Below, in pieces: positions 27,355-36,950 of a stretch of 44,424 nucleotides of DNA. The translations under genes were made by a program, and so were the position numbers. The notes beneath the pieces are model-generated. The model did no database searches. It saw nothing but the letters and a program-made list of their open reading frames with translations, and was not told the origin of the DNA. Every line of letters begins with the position of its first letter. Position 1 is the stretch's first letter. Origin of the DNA: Candidatus Limnocylindrales bacterium (lineage in GTDB: Bacteria; Chloroflexota; Limnocylindria; Limnocylindrales; CSP1-4); contig JBKKCW010000053.1 of the NCBI GenBank assembly GCA_046712485.1, forward strand, positions 1 through 44,424, given 5' to 3'.

Positions 27355-27399
27355 CCGCCGGCCGGCCGCTCCCTGCACCCCGGTATATCCTCTCCGCCT

Positions 27400-27487
27400 G
27401 GAGAGGTGGCCGAGCGGTTGAAGGCGGCGCTCTTGAAAAGCGCAGAGTTGCAAGACTCCGTGGGTTCGAATCCCACCCTCTCCGCCA
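27400..27487 (+). tRNA. tRNA-Ser (anticodon UGA), class II with long variable arm, CCA encoded
   Basis: Acceptor GGAGAGG/CCTCTCC, D-arm TGGCCGAGCGGTTGAAGGCG, anticodon stem GCGCT/AGCGC with loop CTTGAAA, long variable arm, T-arm GTGGGTTCGAATCCCAC, discriminator G, then CCA. Confidence 0.93.
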
Positions 27488-27541
27488 TTCCCCAGCGCCG
27501 GACGCGCGGTGCGTGCGTTGTTGGACTCCCTGCGCTGACGG

Positions 27542-30169
27542 TCAATAGGGCGCCGGTCCGTCGAGCACCTCGCGCACCTTGCGACCGAGCTCCGCGGGCA
27601 CGAAGGGCTTTGCCAGGAACGCGACGCTCGAGTCGAGGACCCCCTGTGCCGACAACACCTCGCCGGCGTAGCCGGACATGAACAGGACTCGCGCCTCAGG
27701 GTGGATCGCGGCGAATTGGTCCGCGACTTCCCGCCCGCTGAGGCCGGGCATGATCACATCAGTCACGAGCAGATCGATCCGGCCTTCGTGGGCCGCTGCG
27801 GCGTCGAGCGCCGCCTTGCCGTCCTGCGCCGCGATGACCCGGTAACCGTTCCGCTCCAGGACCATCGCCGCGAGACGGCGAACGGACTCCTCGTCCTCTG
27901 CCAGCAGGATCGTCTCGTGGCCGCCTTCCGGCGAGCCGCGCGCGCCCGGATCGGCCGCGGCGGTCCTACGGGGATCCGCCTGTCTCGGGAGGTACACCCG
28001 GAACGTCGTGCCTTCGCCGACCGAGCTCGTGACGTCGATGTGACCACCGGACTGCTCCACGATGCCGAGAACCGTGGCCAGGCCGAGGCCCGTCCCACGG
28101 CCGCGATCCTTGGTTGTGAAGTAGGGCTCGAAGATCCGGGCGAGCGTCGCGTCGTCGATCCCGACGCCGGTGTCGCTGACCGAGATCGCGACATATCGCC
28201 CCTCGCGGGTGGCGGACGCCTCGGCTGCATCGTCGCCCCCCAGGTCGACATTCGCCGTCGACAACACGATTGAGCCACCAGCCTCGAGCGCGTCACGTGC
28301 GTTGACGACGAGATTGAGGATGACCTGGTCGAGTTGGCCGACGTCCGCCTGCACCCAGCCGAGATCGGACGCGAGCTCGGTGCGCAGCTCGATGTCCTCG
28401 CCGATCAGGCGCCGGAGCATCGGCTCGATATCGGATACCACCGCGTTGATGTCGACCGGCTCGGGTCGCAGGAGGCTCTGCCGCCCGTAGGCGAGCAGCT
28501 GGCGGGTCAGGGTCGCGGCGCGCCCCGCGGCGGCGTTGATCGCCGAGATGTCCTCCTGGAGTGGGTTGTCCGGCTCGAGGGACTGGGCCAGCAGATCGCC
28601 GTGTCCGGTGATCGCCGTGAGCAGATTGTTGAAGTCGTGGGCGATGCCTCCGGCCAGCCGACCGACGCTCTCCATCTTCTGGACATGCCGAAGCTGGCTC
28701 TCGAGCTCCCGTCGCGCCGTCACGTCGAGGGCCACACCGACCAGCCGCACGGGCTCGCCAAACGCATCACGCACCACGCGACCCTGCGTCACGATCTGGA
28801 CTGCCTGAGCGCCGGGCGGACCCATCCGGCACTCCGCGACGTATTCGCCGTCGGTCGCCGTCGCCCGTTCGAGCGCCTGGCGAAGGGTCTGCCGATCGTC
28901 GGGATGGACGAGCTCAACAAAGGCCCCGAAGGTCCCACCGAACGATCCCTTCGGGATCCCGACGATCGTCTCGAGGCTCTCCGACCAGCGGATCGTGCCC
29001 TCGGTCATGTTCCAATCCCAGGTGCCCATCCGCCCGGCCTCGAGGGCGAATGCAAGCCGCTCCTGGCTCTCGCGGAGCGCATCCTCGGCGGCGTGTCGTT
29101 CGCTGACGTCGCGAATGATCACGGTCTTGCCCGGTTCATGCCCGAAACCGAGGTCGGCAACTGTGGATTCGGCCCAGAACGTGCTGCCGTCCGCCCTTCG
29201 TGCCTCGAGCTCCACGGGACGACCTGCCTCGAGCTCTGATCGCGTTTGTGGTTCGCCACGGCCATGCCCGTCCGATCGAGCTCGATCGAGGTCGATCACC
29301 GCCGAGACGGGCTGCCCGATCACATCCTCCGCCGACGACCCAACGATGCGCTCGGCCGCCTCGTTGAACATGACGACGCGATCGTCGCGGTCGGTGACGA
29401 TGATGGCGTCCGGCGCAGCGGCGAGCAGCATGCGGTAGCGGCCCTCCGACCGGCGGATCCGGCGGACGAACCAGATGAATACGGTCCCGGCGATGGCCAG
29501 CAACAAGGCCGTGGCCGCCGACGCGACGATGAACAGGAGATCGCGAACCCAGCGGGCGCCTTCACCGAGGACGGCCGAGAAGCGGTCCTCGAGGATCGTC
29601 AACCGCTCGTTCACCGATCCGATCTCGGCCACGATGGCATCCACCGTCGCCGGATCCGGATCGCCCGACGAGATCGCATCGCGGAGCCGGTCGCCGTGGG
29701 CCACGAGCTTGTCGATCAGGCCGTCGCCCTCGGTCCAGATCGCGATCGCCTGGTCGATGTAGCTCACGCGGCGGAAGGCGCGGAACGTGTTGATCAGCGT
29801 CGGGATATCGGCCGGATGATTGTGGCCCTGGAGAAAGCCGGCATAGGCGACGTCGAGGTCGGGGTTCGGCTTCTCGAGCTCCACCCTGGCGATCTTGTCG
29901 CCGAGCGGCACGGAGATCGCGTCGAGGTACGCGTCGTACTCGGCCTCATCCTGCGTGTCGGCGTAGCGGATCAAGTGGAAGACGGCGTCCTTCTGCCCTT
30001 TGCTGTACAGCCCTTCGCCGCCCACGAACGCGCGCACGCCGGATTCGACCTGCAGGCTGAAATAGATGATCGCGAGCAGGCCGATGGCCGTGAGCACGAG
30101 CAACGCGATGCCCGCCCATAACCGGCCCCACTGCGACTCGCTTCTGCTCCGGACGCGCGTGACGGACAA
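27542..30169 (-). CDS. hybrid sensor histidine kinase/response regulator (TM-sensor-TM, PAS x2, HisKA, HATPase_c, REC)
   Basis: H-box [17 protein letters not shown], ATPase G-boxes (DTGVGID, GTGLGLA), C-terminal receiver [12 protein letters not shown]...[14 protein letters not shown]...KPF, and PAS-like segments. TTG 30169 is preceded by GGGGAGG. Confidence 0.9.
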   Translation of the reverse strand: MSVTRVRSRSESQWGRLWAGIALLVLTAIGLLAIIYFSLQVESGVRAFVGGEGLYSKGQKDAVFHLIRYADTQDEAEYDAYLDAISVPLGDKIARVELEKPNPDLDVAYAGFLQGHNHPADIPTLINTFRAFRRVSYIDQAIAIWTEGDGLIDKLVAHGDRLRDAISSGDPDPATVDAIVAEIGSVNERLTILEDRFSAVLGEGARWVRDLLFIVASAATALLLAIAGTVFIWFVRRIRRSEGRYRMLLAAAPDAIIVTDRDDRVVMFNEAAERIVGSSAEDVIGQPVSAVIDLDRARSDGHGRGEPQTRSELEAGRPVELEARRADGSTFWAESTVADLGFGHEPGKTVIIRDVSERHAAEDALRESQERLAFALEAGRMGTWDWNMTEGTIRWSESLETIVGIPKGSFGGTFGAFVELVHPDDRQTLRQALERATATDGEYVAECRMGPPGAQAVQIVTQGRVVRDAFGEPVRLVGVALDVTARRELESQLRHVQKMESVGRLAGGIAHDFNNLLTAITGHGDLLAQSLEPDNPLQEDISAINAAAGRAATLTRQLLAYGRQSLLRPEPVDINAVVSDIEPMLRRLIGEDIELRTELASDLGWVQADVGQLDQVILNLVVNARDALEAGGSIVLSTANVDLGGDDAAEASATREGRYVAISVSDTGVGIDDATLARIFEPYFTTKDRGRGTGLGLATVLGIVEQSGGHIDVTSSVGEGTTFRVYLPRQADPRRTAAADPGARGSPEGGHETILLAEDEESVRRLAAMVLERNGYRVIAAQDGKAALDAAAAHEGRIDLLVTDVIMPGLSGREVADQFAAIHPEARVLFMSGYAGEVLSAQGVLDSSVAFLAKPFVPAELGRKVREVLDGPAPY

Positions 30170-30257
30170 GAGACCTCCCCTGGGTCGGGTTCACGTCGCG
30201 GGCAACCATACCCTGCGGCGATGCGTTCGCTGCCGTACGAGTGCGGGATGGCCGGAG

Positions 30258-30286
30258 TTGACGGTCAAGTCGGCCCGACCCATACT
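30258..30286 (+). promoter_or_regulatory. candidate trp operon promoter
   Basis: TTGACG (30258-30263), 17-nt spacer, CATACT (30281-30286), directly upstream of the T-box leader. Confidence 0.4.
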
Positions 30287-30317
30287 CCCCGGACATCGCG
30301 AAGAAGCGGGCTGTGAA

Positions 30318-30600
30318 CGGGACGAGTACCCGTCGCACGTCGACCCAGAGATCCGGCGGCTGGTGCGAGCCGGAACGACGACGACAGGGAATGGACCCGG
30401 GAGCCTCCGGACCGAACGCCATGCGGCACCGCCGCGGACGCCAGTAGGCTCCGGCGCAGAGCGCCAGCGATAGAGGGCAGCGCCGATCGGCCGCCGCATC
30501 AGCGGACGGCCCGTCGGTCACGGAGTGCGGCATCGCCGAATGAGGGTGGCACCGCGGAAGGCACGGCCTTTCGTCCCGGGAGACGAAGGCCGTTTTGATT
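30318..30600 (+). promoter_or_regulatory. T-box leader (tRNA-Trp responsive) controlling trpE
   Basis: Stem I elements in canonical order: GAGTA (30324-30328), AG bulge AGAGA (30347-30351), distal loop GGCTGGTGCGA closed by CCGGC/GCCGG, and specifier loop GAA-TGG-A with the Trp codon at 30392-30394. T-box sequence AATGAGGGTGGCACCGCGG lies at 30539-30557, followed by a terminator hairpin. Confidence 0.8.
30563..30596 (+). terminator. intrinsic terminator of the T-box expression platform
   Basis: ACGGCCTTTCGTC (30563-30575) pairs with GACGAAGGCCGT (30582-30593) with one bulged T and loop CCGGGA, followed by a run of Ts (30593-30596, the first shared with the stem) and GATT. It overlaps sequence that can alternatively pair with the T-box. 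Confidence 0.65.
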
Positions 30601-30614
30601 CCGAGGCCGAACGT

Positions 30615-32270
30615 ATGTCCAGCGCAGACCCGCTCAGCCTGACGCAGACCAAGCGCCTGGCTGCCAATGCCGACACGATCCTGCTTCGCGCCACGCGTCC
30701 CGCGGACCTGGAGACGCCGATCGGCGCCTTCCTGCGCCTCGACGACGGAGGCCCCGCTTACCTGCTCGAATCGGTTGAGGGCGGTGAGCGTCTTGGACGT
30801 TATTCGTTCCTCGGCGTGGGACCGCGCCGGTTGCTCGAGGTGCGCGGGGAGCAGGCGCGCATCCAGACGCGCCCGGTCACCGTCCCGGTCTACGACCCGG
30901 ACTTGCCGGTCGAGACGACGACCGTGGCGGACCCGCTCGACGCCATTCGCTCGTTCGTGCCACGTCGCCGCATCCAGCCGACCGACGGGATGCCGCGCTT
31001 CACCGGCGGCGCAGTTGGAGCACTCGCCTATGACGCGATCTCGGCGTTCGAGTCGAGCGTCCCGCTCCCGAATCGCGACCCCGTCGGTGTGCCCTTCGCC
31101 GCGTTCATCGAGACCGATCTCGTGCTCGTCTTCGATCACCTCACCCACACGTTGTCGGCGATCGCGTCCCTCCACACCGAGACCTCCAACCTGGAGGCTC
31201 GCTACCGGATCGCCGAGGCGGCCATCTTCGAAGCACTCGAGCGGACGTCCCGACCAAGCGTCTCGGAGATAAATGGCGCCAGCTCGCGGCCCCGTGACGG
31301 CGTGTCTGGACCAGCGGCGCAGCCCGGCCAGCCGATCGAGACGAGCCTGGGCCGGGAGGAGTACATCCACGCCGTCGAGCATGCCAAGGACGCAATCGCC
31401 GCCGGAGAGGCCATCCAGGTCGTGCTCGCTCGACGTCAGTCGTTCGATCTCCCGGCGAACCCGACCACTGGCGCCACGGTCGAGGGCGTTGCCCTCTATC
31501 GGGCACTTCGTCGGATCAATCCCAGCCCGTACCTCTTCTTCGTCCGCACGCCAGGCTACGAGGTGGTCGGCGCATCGCCGGAGCTGCTCCTCCAGGCGGA
31601 AGGCGATCGCCTGACCACCCACCCGATCGCGGGCACGCGGCCACGTGGCGCCGATGCTCGAGAGGATGCCCTCCTCGCCGAAGAGCTCCAGCGGGATCCA
31701 AAGGAGCGGGCCGAACACGTCATGCTCGTCGACCTCGGTCGCAACGACCTGGGTCGCGTTTCGCGCCCCGGAACGGTGACCGTCAGCAGGTACATGGAGG
31801 TCGAGCGGTACAGCCACGTCCTCCACCTCGTCAGCCACGTCGAGGGCCGCCTCAAGCCGGAGCTCGATGCGCTCGACGCGCTCCGATCGGTGTTCCCGGC
31901 GGGAACGCTATCGGGTGCCCCGAAGATCCGAGCTATGCAGCTGATCGCCGCCGCGGAGGGCGAGCGACGTGGGTTGTATGGCGGTGCTGTCGGCTACCTC
32001 GGCTACGACGGCAACCTCGACACGGCGATCACGATCCGCAGCGCCGTGCTCAAGGACGGCCAGGCGCACGTCCACTCGGGTGCCGGGATCGTGGCCGGCT
32101 CGATCCCGGAACGCGAGTTCGAGGAGACCGAGCACAAGGCCGCCGCCCTCCGCCGCGCGATCGACATGGCGGCCGGTGTCGCCGAACCGCGGCCGAGCGA
32201 GCCCGACGAGACGGTCGCGATCGAGACGGCCCCAGGCTCCAGCGCGGCCGGATCGGGTGGCGCGTCGTGA
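30615..32270 (+). CDS. trpE: anthranilate synthase component I
   Basis: LLESVEGGERLGRYSFLG, PSPYLFF and GTLSGAPKIRAMQLI motifs. ATG 30615 follows the T-box terminator; the track start at 30525 lies inside the leader. Confidence 0.95.
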   Translation: MSSADPLSLTQTKRLAANADTILLRATRPADLETPIGAFLRLDDGGPAYLLESVEGGERLGRYSFLGVGPRRLLEVRGEQARIQTRPVTVPVYDPDLPVETTTVADPLDAIRSFVPRRRIQPTDGMPRFTGGAVGALAYDAISAFESSVPLPNRDPVGVPFAAFIETDLVLVFDHLTHTLSAIASLHTETSNLEARYRIAEAAIFEALERTSRPSVSEINGASSRPRDGVSGPAAQPGQPIETSLGREEYIHAVEHAKDAIAAGEAIQVVLARRQSFDLPANPTTGATVEGVALYRALRRINPSPYLFFVRTPGYEVVGASPELLLQAEGDRLTTHPIAGTRPRGADAREDALLAEELQRDPKERAEHVMLVDLGRNDLGRVSRPGTVTVSRYMEVERYSHVLHLVSHVEGRLKPELDALDALRSVFPAGTLSGAPKIRAMQLIAAAEGERRGLYGGAVGYLGYDGNLDTAITIRSAVLKDGQAHVHSGAGIVAGSIPEREFEETEHKAAALRRAIDMAAGVAEPRPSEPDETVAIETAPGSSAAGSGGAS

Positions 32271-32956
32271 TCCTCGTCATCGACAACTACGACAGCTTCA
32301 CGTTCAACCTCGTCCAGGCATTGCAGGCCTCGGGCGCCGACGTACGCGTCGTGCGCAACGACGACCTGACCGGTGATCAGATCCGCGCACTCGCCGACGA
32401 TCCCGGGTCCGAGCTGCGCGGGATCGTGATCTCGCCTGGGCCGGGTGACCCCGGCGACGCCGGAGTGTCCGTTGAGTCGGTACGGGTCGCTGCCGAACGG
32501 GAGATCCCCCTGCTGGGCGTGTGTCTCGGGATGCAGTCGATGGCAGCCGCGTTCGGCGCCGCGATCGTCCGCGCGCCCACGCTCGTCCACGGGGAGGCGA
32601 CCGAGGTCACCCATGACGGCGCCGGTCTGCTCGAAGGCATGCCGCCGTCGTTCATGGCCGCGCGTTACCACTCGCTGGCGGTCGATCCGGCCACCTTACC
32701 GCCCGAGCTCCGGGTCACCGCGATGAGCGAGGTCGACCGAGTGGTCATGGGCATCCGTCATGTGGCACTCCCTCTGGAGGGCGTCCAGTTCCACCCGGAA
32801 TCGGTGCTCACCCCGGACGGCCCGCACCTCCTCGCCAACTTCCTCCGCCAGGCCGGGGAAGATCCGTCCAGGCTGGAGGCGGCGAGCGGGTCCTTCGCCA
32901 CGGCCGGCCTCCGGGAGCCGGCCGGCACATCGGCGGGTGGGAGCACGACACGATGA
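32267..32956 (+). CDS. trpG: anthranilate synthase component II (glutamine amidotransferase)
   Basis: ILVIDNYDSFTFNLVQ, GVCLGMQ catalytic Cys, and FHPES. GTGA overlap with trpE. Low-complexity C-terminal tail of ~30 aa. Confidence 0.95.
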   Translation: MILVIDNYDSFTFNLVQALQASGADVRVVRNDDLTGDQIRALADDPGSELRGIVISPGPGDPGDAGVSVESVRVAAEREIPLLGVCLGMQSMAAAFGAAIVRAPTLVHGEATEVTHDGAGLLEGMPPSFMAARYHSLAVDPATLPPELRVTAMSEVDRVVMGIRHVALPLEGVQFHPESVLTPDGPHLLANFLRQAGEDPSRLEAASGSFATAGLREPAGTSAGGSTTR

Positions 32957-34041
32957 GCGACACTGTTCGCGCCGCGCTCGCGACGATCGTCGAGGGCGGC
33001 ACGCTCACGCTCGACGACGCCCGCGCCGCGATGGGCGCGGTGATGGACGGGGAGGCGACACCGGCCCAGCTTGCCGCGCTGCTGATGGGGCTCCGCATGC
33101 GCGGCGAGACCGTCGATGAGCTGGCCGGGTTCGCAACGGCGATGCGCGAACGCGTCGTGAAGGTCGAAGCGCCGCACGGTGCGATCGATGTCGTCGGCAC
33201 CGGCGGCGATGGCAGCGGCACGTTCAACATCTCGACGACGGCCGCGCTCGTCGCCGCGGCCGCCGGAGTACCCGTCGCTAAACACGGCAATCGTGCGATC
33301 ACGTCGCGGGCGGGTTCCGCGGACGTCCTCGATGCGCTTGGAATACGGATCGACCACGACGCCGTGTCCGCCGGCGCCGCTCTGCGGGACACCGGGTTTG
33401 CGTTCCTCTTCGCGCCAAACTTCCACCCGGCGATGAAACACGCGGGACCTACCCGCCGCGAGATCGGGGTCCGCACGGCGTTCAACCTGCTCGGCCCGCT
33501 GACGAACCCGGCCGGGACGACGCGGCAGCTGCTGGGAGTCGGGGATGCGGCGGCGGCCGCCCGTATCGCCGAGGTGGTTCGGCGTCTCGGTACCGAGCGG
33601 ACGTTCGTCATCCATGGCGAGGGAGTCGACGAGCTGCCGCTCGATGGCAGCGGGGTGGCCTACATCGTGGCGGGTGATGTGGTGGAGCGCCACGCGATCG
33701 ATGCCGCGGCGCTCGGTTTCAAACGAGCCGCCACCAGCCGGCTGTCGGGCGGCTCAGCCGACGACAATGCGCGGATGACCGAAGCGGTCCTGCGGGGAGA
33801 GCCGGGGAGCCGGCGGGACGTCGTCCTCCTCAACGCCGGCGCGGCGTTGCTCGTGGCCGGCGTCGTGGGGCAGATGGAGGAGGGGATCGAGCGCGCGGCC
33901 CTGACCATCGACGCGGGACTGGGAGCCGAGCTCCTGGAGCGCCTGCGTGCCGAACGACGGAAGGCCGAGGCCGCAGCAAGCGGCGGAGAGGCGGTGACGG
34001 TGCCACCCCGCCCGGCAACGAGCGCCGGGGCGTCAACATGA
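32953..34041 (+). CDS. trpD: anthranilate phosphoribosyltransferase
   Basis: DVVGTGGDGSGTFNISTTAALVAAAAGVPVAKHGNRA. ATGA overlap with trpG. Confidence 0.95.
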   Translation: MSDTVRAALATIVEGGTLTLDDARAAMGAVMDGEATPAQLAALLMGLRMRGETVDELAGFATAMRERVVKVEAPHGAIDVVGTGGDGSGTFNISTTAALVAAAAGVPVAKHGNRAITSRAGSADVLDALGIRIDHDAVSAGAALRDTGFAFLFAPNFHPAMKHAGPTRREIGVRTAFNLLGPLTNPAGTTRQLLGVGDAAAAARIAEVVRRLGTERTFVIHGEGVDELPLDGSGVAYIVAGDVVERHAIDAAALGFKRAATSRLSGGSADDNARMTEAVLRGEPGSRRDVVLLNAGAALLVAGVVGQMEEGIERAALTIDAGLGAELLERLRAERRKAEAAASGGEAVTVPPRPATSAGAST

Positions 34042-36950
34042 CCATGGTCGACGCACCTCCCGCCGCCCCGCGACGACGCGCAACGTCCGCGCCGAGCGTG
34101 GTCGAACAGATCGCCGAACGTCGTCGCACGGATATTCGCGAGGAGCTTACGCACACCGGCGCGACCGCTCTTGGGGACGCCCTTCGTGCCGCGCCGCCCC
34201 CGCGGCCCGTCGCCGAGCGGCTGGCGATGCCCGGCCTCCACCTGATTGCCGAGGTCAAGCGAGCCTCACCCTCCGCCGGGGCCATCGTGGCGGCCGATGA
34301 CGACGCGGTTGCCCGTGCCCGCGCCTATGAGGCTGGCGGAGCGGCGGTTATCTCGGTGCTGTGCGAACCGCACTGGTTCGGCGGGTCGATCGACGACCTC
34401 CGACGCGTCCGCGAAGCGGTCGCCGTGCCGGTGCTGGCAAAGGACTTCGTCGTGGAGACGGGGCAGCTCCAGCTCCTCCGGGCGGCCGGCGCCGACCTCG
34501 TCCTGCTCCTCGCCGTGCTCCACCCGGCCAGACGGCTCGCCCGGCTCGTGACCGTGGCGCGCGACCTGGGGCTCGAGGCGTTCGTCGAGGCGCATGACGC
34601 CCGCGAGCTGGAACGGGCGCTCACCACCGATGCCCGGTTGATCGGGCTCAACAACCGCGACCTGCGCACGCTCCACGTCGATGTCGATCGAGCCGCGCGA
34701 CTCCGCGAGCTCGTGCCGGATGACCGGCTTGTCATCGCCGAGTCTGGTGTGCGCGATCCCTCGACGATCCGCCGGTGGCTCGCCCAGGGCTTCGATGGCG
34801 CGCTCGTCGGCGAAGCCCTGATGCGCGATCGAGATCCTGCGGCCTCCGTGGCGTCGTTCGTCGCGGCCGGCAACCCGCCGACCGACCCGTCCAACGTCGC
34901 GCGCCGTCCTTTTGTGAAGATCTGCGGGGTGACTGATGCCGACGGTGCATTGGCGGCCGTTCGTGCCGGCGTCGATGCGATCAGGCTCAACTTCGTGGCC
35001 GGGACGCCACGCGCGCTCGGCCTGGACGAAGCGGCGGAGCTGGCCCGCTTGATCCGATCGGCGGCGGGCCCGGGACGACCCCAGATCATCGCCGTGACGG
35101 CTGACGCCGGTGCCGACCTCATGGCGGCGATCGAAGCAGCAATCGATCCCGATGTCATCCAGCTGAGCGGCAGCGAAGCGGTGCAGGACGTGGCCCGAGC
35201 CCGCCGGCGAACCTGGAAGGTCCTGCACCTGCCGGGCGGTGCCAGGGGCCCCGGCCGCGACGACGTCGCTCCGGGCGATCCGGGTGATGACAGCGCATCG
35301 GTGGGCGCCGTCGTTACCCGTGGCCATGCCTACCTCGCCGGCGGGGTCGAACGGCTCCTCCTCGACACCGCCGGCGGGCCTCATCCGGGCGGCACCGGCC
35401 GCCGGGTCGCCAAACGGATCGCCGCAGCAGTCGCGCGGGAGTTGCCCGTGCTGCTTGCGGGCGGTCTCGATCCGGGGAACGTGGGTGATGCGGTGCGGGC
35501 CACCCCGCTGGTGGGCGTGGACGTCGCATCCGGGGTCGAGCGGCCGCGAGCGGCCGGAGAGCGCCCGAGCAAGGACCCGTTCCGCGTCGCGCTGTTCGCC
35601 AAGCGGGCTCGTGCCGCTCGCGACGATCGGCCCAACCTGCCATTCGCCCCGACGCCTGTGCACGCCGGCCTCCTCGACGCGGATGGCGCCGGTCGGTGGG
35701 GGATGGAGCGCGACTTCGGCGGGCGGTATGTGCCGGAGACGCTCATGGCGGCGCTCGAGCAGCTCGAAGGCGCATATGGCGCGCTGCGCCACGACCCCGC
35801 CTTCTGGGCCGAGCTCCGCGACCTCCTGGCGACGTTTGGCGGCCGACCGACGCCGATCTATCGGGCCGACCGGCTTGCGACGGCCGTTCTCGAGCAGGCG
35901 GCGCGCCTCGCCGGTGCGGGGGGCCTTGCTCTCCAGTCCCTGCGCCTGTACCTCAAGCGGGAAGATCTTGCCCATACGGGTGCCCACAAGCTCAACAACG
36001 CGCTCGGTCAGGCGCTCCTGACGCGGCGTCTCGGCAAGACGCGCGTGATCGCCGAGACCGGCGCCGGTCAACACGGCGTCGCCACGGCCACCGCATGCGC
36101 GCTCCTCGATCTGCCGTGCGTCGTGTACATGGGTGCGGAGGACATCGAGCGCCAAGGTCCCAACGTGCTCCGGATGGATGCCCTGGGGGCCGAGGTCCGC
36201 TCGGTCACGTCGGGCACGGCGACCCTCAAGGACGCGGTCAACGAGGCGATGCGCGACTGGGTCACGAACGTCGAGACGACCCATTACGTCCTCGGATCGG
36301 CGATGGGTCCCCATCCATACCCGACGATCGTCCGGGATCTGCAGCGGCGGATCGGCGACGAAGCGGCGGCCCAGCTCGACGCGGCCGCCGGGCGTCTGCC
36401 GGACCTCGCGATCGCCTGCGTCGGTGGCGGTTCGAACGCGATCGGGCTGCTCGCCCGGTTCATCGGTGAGCCCGCCGTCCGGCTCGCCGTGGCCGAGGCG
36501 GCCGGTGACGGGATGGCGACCGGCCGGCACGCCGCGGCAATCCTGGGGGGCACGCCCGGCATCCTCCACGGCTCACGCTCGCTCATGCTCCAGGACGCGG
36601 ATGGCCAGGTGATCGAGGCGCACTCCGCGTCGGCCGGCCTCGACTACCCTGGGATCGGGCCACAGCTGGCAGCTCTTGCGGAGGCGGGCCGGATCTCTGT
36701 CAGTTCGGCAACCGATCGCGAGGCCGTCGCCGCGATGCGGACGACGACCCGGATGGAGGGAATCCTGCCCGCGCTGGAGACCGCGCATGCGATCGCCGCG
36801 CTGCCAAAGATGCTCGCCGACGGGGGAACGCACGGCGACGCATGGCCCTCGGACACCCTCGTGCTGCTGGGCTTTTCCGGGCGCGGCGACAAGGACCTCG
36901 CCGCCCTGGAGCGCTTCGCCGACGTCGAGCCGTGGGGGAGTTCGCCGTGA
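34038..36950 (+). CDS. trpCFB: trifunctional fusion: indole-3-glycerol-phosphate synthase (TrpC) / phosphoribosylanthranilate isomerase (TrpF) / tryptophan synthase beta (TrpB)
   Basis: One uninterrupted 970-codon frame. TrpC (aa ~20-265): IAEVKRASPSAG, LIGLNNRDL, IAESG. TrpF (aa ~291-525): VKICGVTD, LLDTAGG..GGTG, LAGGLDPGNV. TrpB (aa ~548-970): FGGRYVPETL, LKREDLAHTGAHKLNNALGQ, ETGAGQHG, GGGSNAIG. ATGA overlap with trpD. Confidence 0.9.
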   Translation: MTMVDAPPAAPRRRATSAPSVVEQIAERRRTDIREELTHTGATALGDALRAAPPPRPVAERLAMPGLHLIAEVKRASPSAGAIVAADDDAVARARAYEAGGAAVISVLCEPHWFGGSIDDLRRVREAVAVPVLAKDFVVETGQLQLLRAAGADLVLLLAVLHPARRLARLVTVARDLGLEAFVEAHDARELERALTTDARLIGLNNRDLRTLHVDVDRAARLRELVPDDRLVIAESGVRDPSTIRRWLAQGFDGALVGEALMRDRDPAASVASFVAAGNPPTDPSNVARRPFVKICGVTDADGALAAVRAGVDAIRLNFVAGTPRALGLDEAAELARLIRSAAGPGRPQIIAVTADAGADLMAAIEAAIDPDVIQLSGSEAVQDVARARRRTWKVLHLPGGARGPGRDDVAPGDPGDDSASVGAVVTRGHAYLAGGVERLLLDTAGGPHPGGTGRRVAKRIAAAVARELPVLLAGGLDPGNVGDAVRATPLVGVDVASGVERPRAAGERPSKDPFRVALFAKRARAARDDRPNLPFAPTPVHAGLLDADGAGRWGMERDFGGRYVPETLMAALEQLEGAYGALRHDPAFWAELRDLLATFGGRPTPIYRADRLATAVLEQAARLAGAGGLALQSLRLYLKREDLAHTGAHKLNNALGQALLTRRLGKTRVIAETGAGQHGVATATACALLDLPCVVYMGAEDIERQGPNVLRMDALGAEVRSVTSGTATLKDAVNEAMRDWVTNVETTHYVLGSAMGPHPYPTIVRDLQRRIGDEAAAQLDAAAGRLPDLAIACVGGGSNAIGLLARFIGEPAVRLAVAEAAGDGMATGRHAAAILGGTPGILHGSRSLMLQDADGQVIEAHSASAGLDYPGIGPQLAALAEAGRISVSSATDREAVAAMRTTTRMEGILPALETAHAIAALPKMLADGGTHGDAWPSDTLVLLGFSGRGDKDLAALERFADVEPWGSSP

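Noticed and set aside
30170-30614. Trp leader-peptide attenuator (tandem TGG codons) upstream of trpE
   Set aside because: No short ORF with consecutive Trp codons was found. The region is instead explained by a T-box leader with a UGG specifier.
35703-36950. Independent trpB gene starting at internal Met556
   Set aside because: There is no in-frame stop upstream, so ribosomes translating trpC-trpF read through. Internal initiation cannot be excluded, but the fusion is the parsimonious reading.
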